Origin: a virus
Lineage: Duplodnaviria > Caudoviricetes
Virus record (IMG/VR): IMGVR_UViG_3300005805_000408
Span: 1-26,353 of that record
DNA: 26,353 nt
Strand: one strand, 5' to 3'
Positions within the stretch are counted from its first letter, which is position 1; the number at the start of each line of letters is the position of its first letter. The notes beneath the pieces are model-generated. The model did not search any database. It had not been told where the DNA came from and worked only from the letters and a program-made list of their open reading frames with translations. Both the position numbers and the translations under genes were made by a program. Positions 23,679 to 26,353 of the stretch are shown here, piece after piece.

Positions 23679-24314
23679 TCAAGAATCCACTGCAACTGCT
23701 TGACGATCACCAACTCGAGCAATGTCCTCTACTTTGAGGGCTTGCATGGATTCGGTGTACTTCTGCTGAAAAATCTGCCGCTGATCATTCTTCAAGAAGG
23801 GCATAGCCTGAAGCAGCGTCCCAAACAGCATGGCATTGGGTGCATTTTGAGTCAACCAGTTGGTCTGATTGGTGGAACTAAGAGGGGCAATCCGCTCGTA
23901 GTACAGCACCTCAAAAGCATAATCCTGGTCTGGCGTTGGGGCCAGATACCAGTGATCCCAGTCGGTGTCTGCATAGTACAAGGGGATACTAATCTGATTA
24001 GTATCTGGCCAATAGTTCTTCAGGTACTCGTACTTGCGAAGAAACACCGGCTGCTTGACCCCATTGACAGTCACGCTCATGGAGACCGTCTTACGCCACC
24101 TGGCCGGCTTTTGCAGGATCGGGTTGCTTGCGGTCATGGCTGACTCAACAACCTGCAATTGACCCAGCGTTTTGATCTGCTCTGCGATCTCAAACTCGGC
24201 CAGAGTAATGAAAGTGGGAATGGCATCAACAACAGCCTTGTCCTTACGCTCCAAATACTCTTGGACGATGCTAGTCAGACTGTCATACGTTAAAACCCAA
24301 GATGGGGTGCTCAT
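23679..24314 (-). CDS. head-tail adaptor / tail tubular protein A-like
   Basis: TY..L...VQ.YL.R, IPTFI.LAE, LAPTPD..Y..EVLYY, TNWLT..AP...L.GTL..A.PFLKND pattern. Confidence 0.8.
   Translation of the reverse strand: MSTPSWVLTYDSLTSIVQEYLERKDKAVVDAIPTFITLAEFEIAEQIKTLGQLQVVESAMTASNPILQKPARWRKTVSMSVTVNGVKQPVFLRKYEYLKNYWPDTNQISIPLYYADTDWDHWYLAPTPDQDYAFEVLYYERIAPLSSTNQTNWLTQNAPNAMLFGTLLQAMPFLKNDQRQIFQQKYTESMQALKVEDIARVGDRQAVAVDS
23987..24003. repeat. perfect 17-bp palindrome TACTAATC-T-GATTAGTA (extends to 21 bp, GA...TC)
   Basis: Identical to the two copies in the ParB-like gene 15 kb away; encodes TNQIS. Confidence 0.9.
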
Positions 24315-24323
24315 GTCATTTCC

Positions 24324-24851
24324 TCAGTTTGTCTGGGAACTCAAAAATAAAGATTTTTCTTCTTTTCTGCGTTTATCTAACCCTGCCAGTACTTTACCGC
24401 CAGCCTTATTCCACAGCAAGAAGGCATCTGCTGCCTGTTCCCACTCACCACGATTGGCCTTGATGCGGATGGTGCTGCGCTGAAGATTGCCAACCCCTAC
24501 ATTGAAGGAAAAAGAAACCAAAGCGTCAAAGCTGTTTTGACGGCCAACACTGCCGGGAACAAGTCGAAGAACACCACGTTCAAAACTTGCGACATCAGCC
24601 GAGAATAATTCATCAATTTCTTGCTTTGTCCAAACACGATTGTCCTCCGGTTTGAGCGGATACTCGCTGCGGATCATCGGAATGTCGTCCTTTGTTTTCC
24701 CAAATGGCCGCACCATCGGAAGCCGGATTTGCTCTTGGTAAAGAACATGACCATAACCAATAGTCCATATGTGAGCCGGGCACAGATAGGGCCGATTCCG
24801 ATACCCCTCATATCGGTGCATCAGATCAGCGCCTGCCTTGCTCAACTTCAC
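24324..24851 (-). CDS. endolysin, GH24 phage lysozyme
   Basis: YEG..RPYLCPAHIWTIGYGH, FDALVSFSFNVG.G, WNKAGGKVL.GL..RR..E. Start re-called to GTG 24851 (GTGA overlap). Confidence 0.9.
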   Translation of the reverse strand: MKLSKAGADLMHRYEGYRNRPYLCPAHIWTIGYGHVLYQEQIRLPMVRPFGKTKDDIPMIRSEYPLKPEDNRVWTKQEIDELFSADVASFERGVLRLVPGSVGRQNSFDALVSFSFNVGVGNLQRSTIRIKANRGEWEQAADAFLLWNKAGGKVLAGLDKRRKEEKSLFLSSQTN

Positions 24852-25351
24852 TTCTTGCTCCACTGCCTTGATCCAAACCAAAAGCCAATGATGCCGCCCA
24901 GCATGGCCATTTCATCGCTACTGAAAATCAAGCCAGAGTATTTGACGACATCGTCAATGTTGGTGATCAGGGTGGGATGGTTCCACAAATAGACAGCCAT
25001 GAAGGCGTTGATAAGAACCAACTCCAGCACAAAAATGTATGTCACTGTCGGTCGCACAGTGCCGACATAGTTGGCAACCCACTGGCTGGCTTTCTCCAGC
25101 ACCTTCTCATCGTGCTTGAGCGCTGCCTCAGTCATCTGCGCCTCGGCTTGCATCATCACCTGGTCGGTGCGGATTTCCTCAATCTTTTGTTGGGCGGCAA
25201 AACCCTGCGCTGCTAAGGCCAACTCACGTTCGTTCTGCATGCGAGCTAGCGCAAGTTCATGCTTTTGATCTGCTTTGTTCTGGAAGAACTCAAGCAACTT
25301 TGGCAGGCCGCTGATCAGTAGACCGCCTAGGGTGGATATCAAAGACAACAT
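24848..25351 (-). CDS. putative holin (3TM-type family)
   Basis: N-terminal hydrophobic helix, DQKHELAL, SQWV...VRP..TY, IIGFWFGSR; directly upstream of the lysozyme. Confidence 0.7.
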   Translation of the reverse strand: MLSLISTLGGLLISGLPKLLEFFQNKADQKHELALARMQNERELALAAQGFAAQQKIEEIRTDQVMMQAEAQMTEAALKHDEKVLEKASQWVANYVGTVRPTVTYIFVLELVLINAFMAVYLWNHPTLITNIDDVVKYSGLIFSSDEMAMLGGIIGFWFGSRQWSKK

Positions 25352-25353
25352 AA

Positions 25354-25761
25354 CTACTCCTTCTTTGCCGTGACGACATCATCACCCTTACGGACAGTGA
25401 CTTTGTCGCCTTCCACATCAACCCGCATAGGCTGATCAAGCCGGTCAAGTCGCTCAATCAGCGCCCTGATGACCTCAAACTCTGGCTTTTCCTGCTTAGC
25501 AGATGCCCCAGCAATACCGTTGAGCATGGCAATCAGAGCAGTCAGGGCTGCGCTGACAAGACCGATAACGGCAGCAATCTTGGACTCCTCCAGCATCAAG
25601 CTGGCCCCAACACCGACGATCACAATGGCCGTGATGTAGGCAAGACCGTGCTTTCCAATGGCCTTACCGGCCACTTCCTTAGCGGTGCTTTGCGCCTCAA
25701 GACGGTTAAGTTCGGCCTTGGCTTGGGCTTTTAACAGTTTGAGGTCGTCTTTTTCCATCAT
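25354..25761 (-). CDS. membrane protein with two TM helices (lysis module)
   Basis: Two hydrophobic segments; ATGA overlap. Confidence 0.7.
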   Translation of the reverse strand: MMEKDDLKLLKAQAKAELNRLEAQSTAKEVAGKAIGKHGLAYITAIVIVGVGASLMLEESKIAAVIGLVSAALTALIAMLNGIAGASAKQEKPEFEVIRALIERLDRLDQPMRVDVEGDKVTVRKGDDVVTAKKE

Positions 25762-25979
25762 TTATCCATCTTGTTGTCGAGTTTGTTGAAAATCTGCTTG
25801 CAGATGTCCTTCAACTCATCAATGTCCCGATGATATTGATCTTGGGTGACGTAAGTGTGCGGCATATGACGAACGTCTTTATCAAGGCGCTCAATTGCCT
25901 TGGTGATGTTGTTCAAGACCCAGCCGCCAAAAAAGGCGGCGATCCCAACAATTACGTTGAAAATCGCCTGCGTTTCCAT
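25758..25979 (-). CDS. small N-terminally anchored coiled-coil protein
   Basis: TM segment followed by YVT...Y..DI..L...IF.KLD.K.DK. Confidence 0.75.
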   Translation of the reverse strand: METQAIFNVIVGIAAFFGGWVLNNITKAIERLDKDVRHMPHTYVTQDQYHRDIDELKDICKQIFNKLDNKMDK

Positions 25980-25983
25980 TTAC

Positions 25984-26199
25984 TTATTCCTTGCTCGGCG
26001 CCTCAAGAGAGTCTTTGAGCATTTTCAAAAATGCGTCCTTGCCGACCCTGAGTTGATCAAATTGGAATTGGCAAGATGCAATCTTCCTGTCCAAGTCCAC
26101 ACAGTGCTCAAGCATGATCTTTTGCTCCTGCGTAAAGTCGTCCAGTTGATACTCTTTGCCGTCGATGTTTACGATCTGGGGTTCTTTGTTATTGCCCAT
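25984..26199 (-). CDS. small hypothetical protein (tail-fibre-assembly-like position)
   Basis: TAAGGAG RBS; IDGKEY.LDDFT.EQK followed by a coiled coil. Confidence 0.75.
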   Translation of the reverse strand: MGNNKEPQIVNIDGKEYQLDDFTQEQKIMLEHCVDLDRKIASCQFQFDQLRVGKDAFLKMLKDSLEAPSKE

Positions 26200-26217
26200 T
26201 TCGTCACTCCTTACAGA

Positions 26218-26245
26218 CCACCATCAAGGGCTGGTGGGTTGCCCT
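26218..26245 (-). promoter_or_regulatory. candidate H-type RNA pseudoknot upstream of an RBS
   Basis: Minus strand AGGGC-aac-CCACCA-GCCCT-tga-TGGTGG: two interleaved stems. Confidence 0.45.
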
Positions 26246-26353
26246 AAAGATACGTGCAGTAAAACCCGGCTGCACCACCGGCAGATGTTGCAAGGAAGTC
26301 CAGAAACTCCACATGGCCCCTGCCAGTGGCATCCCATGCTTCCTTCGCCGCAG
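26244..26353 (-). CDS. 3' end of a small membrane-type protein (...AAKEAWDATGRGHVEFLDFLATSAGGAAGFYCTYL)
   Basis: Manual translation; KE.WD...G....DFLAT..GG pattern; start lies outside the window. Confidence 0.65.
   Translation of the reverse strand, partial: AAKEAWDATGRGHVEFLDFLATSAGGAAGFYCTYL

Noticed and set aside
23045-23722. Group I intron around the GIY-YIG gene
   Set aside because: Flanking genes appear complete and abut the ORF, leaving no space for an intron core.
656-26247. Numerous antisense or alternate-frame ORFs in the track
   Set aside because: Shadow ORFs of well-supported genes, lacking RBS and motifs; no tRNA, rRNA, integrase, reverse transcriptase or alternative genetic code signal was seen.

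Overview
A 26-kb segment of a tailed dsDNA phage (Caudoviricetes), probably podovirus-like: it has an adaptor, a nozzle-type tail protein and internal/ejection proteins, and no tape-measure gene in view. A proteobacterial host is an inference only. Bases 1-9.7 kb (minus strand) hold small accessory genes, a Ref-like HNH nuclease, a RuvC-like resolvase, a 2OG-Fe(II) oxygenase and a replication block (Cro-like HTH > ParB-like protein > SF2 helicase > TOPRIM primase). Bases 9.9-12.9 kb (plus strand) hold an SSB-like protein, a PD-(D/E)XK nuclease and an HNH homing endonuclease. Bases 12.95-26.35 kb (minus strand) hold lysis and virion genes, with a GIY-YIG endonuclease inserted. The most notable signals lie outside the gene calls. 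(i) A 17-bp palindrome TACTAAT-N3-ATTAGTA is hidden in coding sequence five times, two of them 42 bp apart inside the ParB-like gene (parS- or iteron-like; no ParA in the window). (ii) A ~420-nt non-coding unit after the primase contains a C4/CI-like antisense RNA whose two loops match its own leader. (iii) A second 17-bp palindrome TCTAAY-N5-RTTAGA overlaps five predicted promoters. (iv) There are two small structured RNA elements: a loop-E hairpin and an H-type pseudoknot. Family assignments come from recognising motifs by eye, not from database searches.
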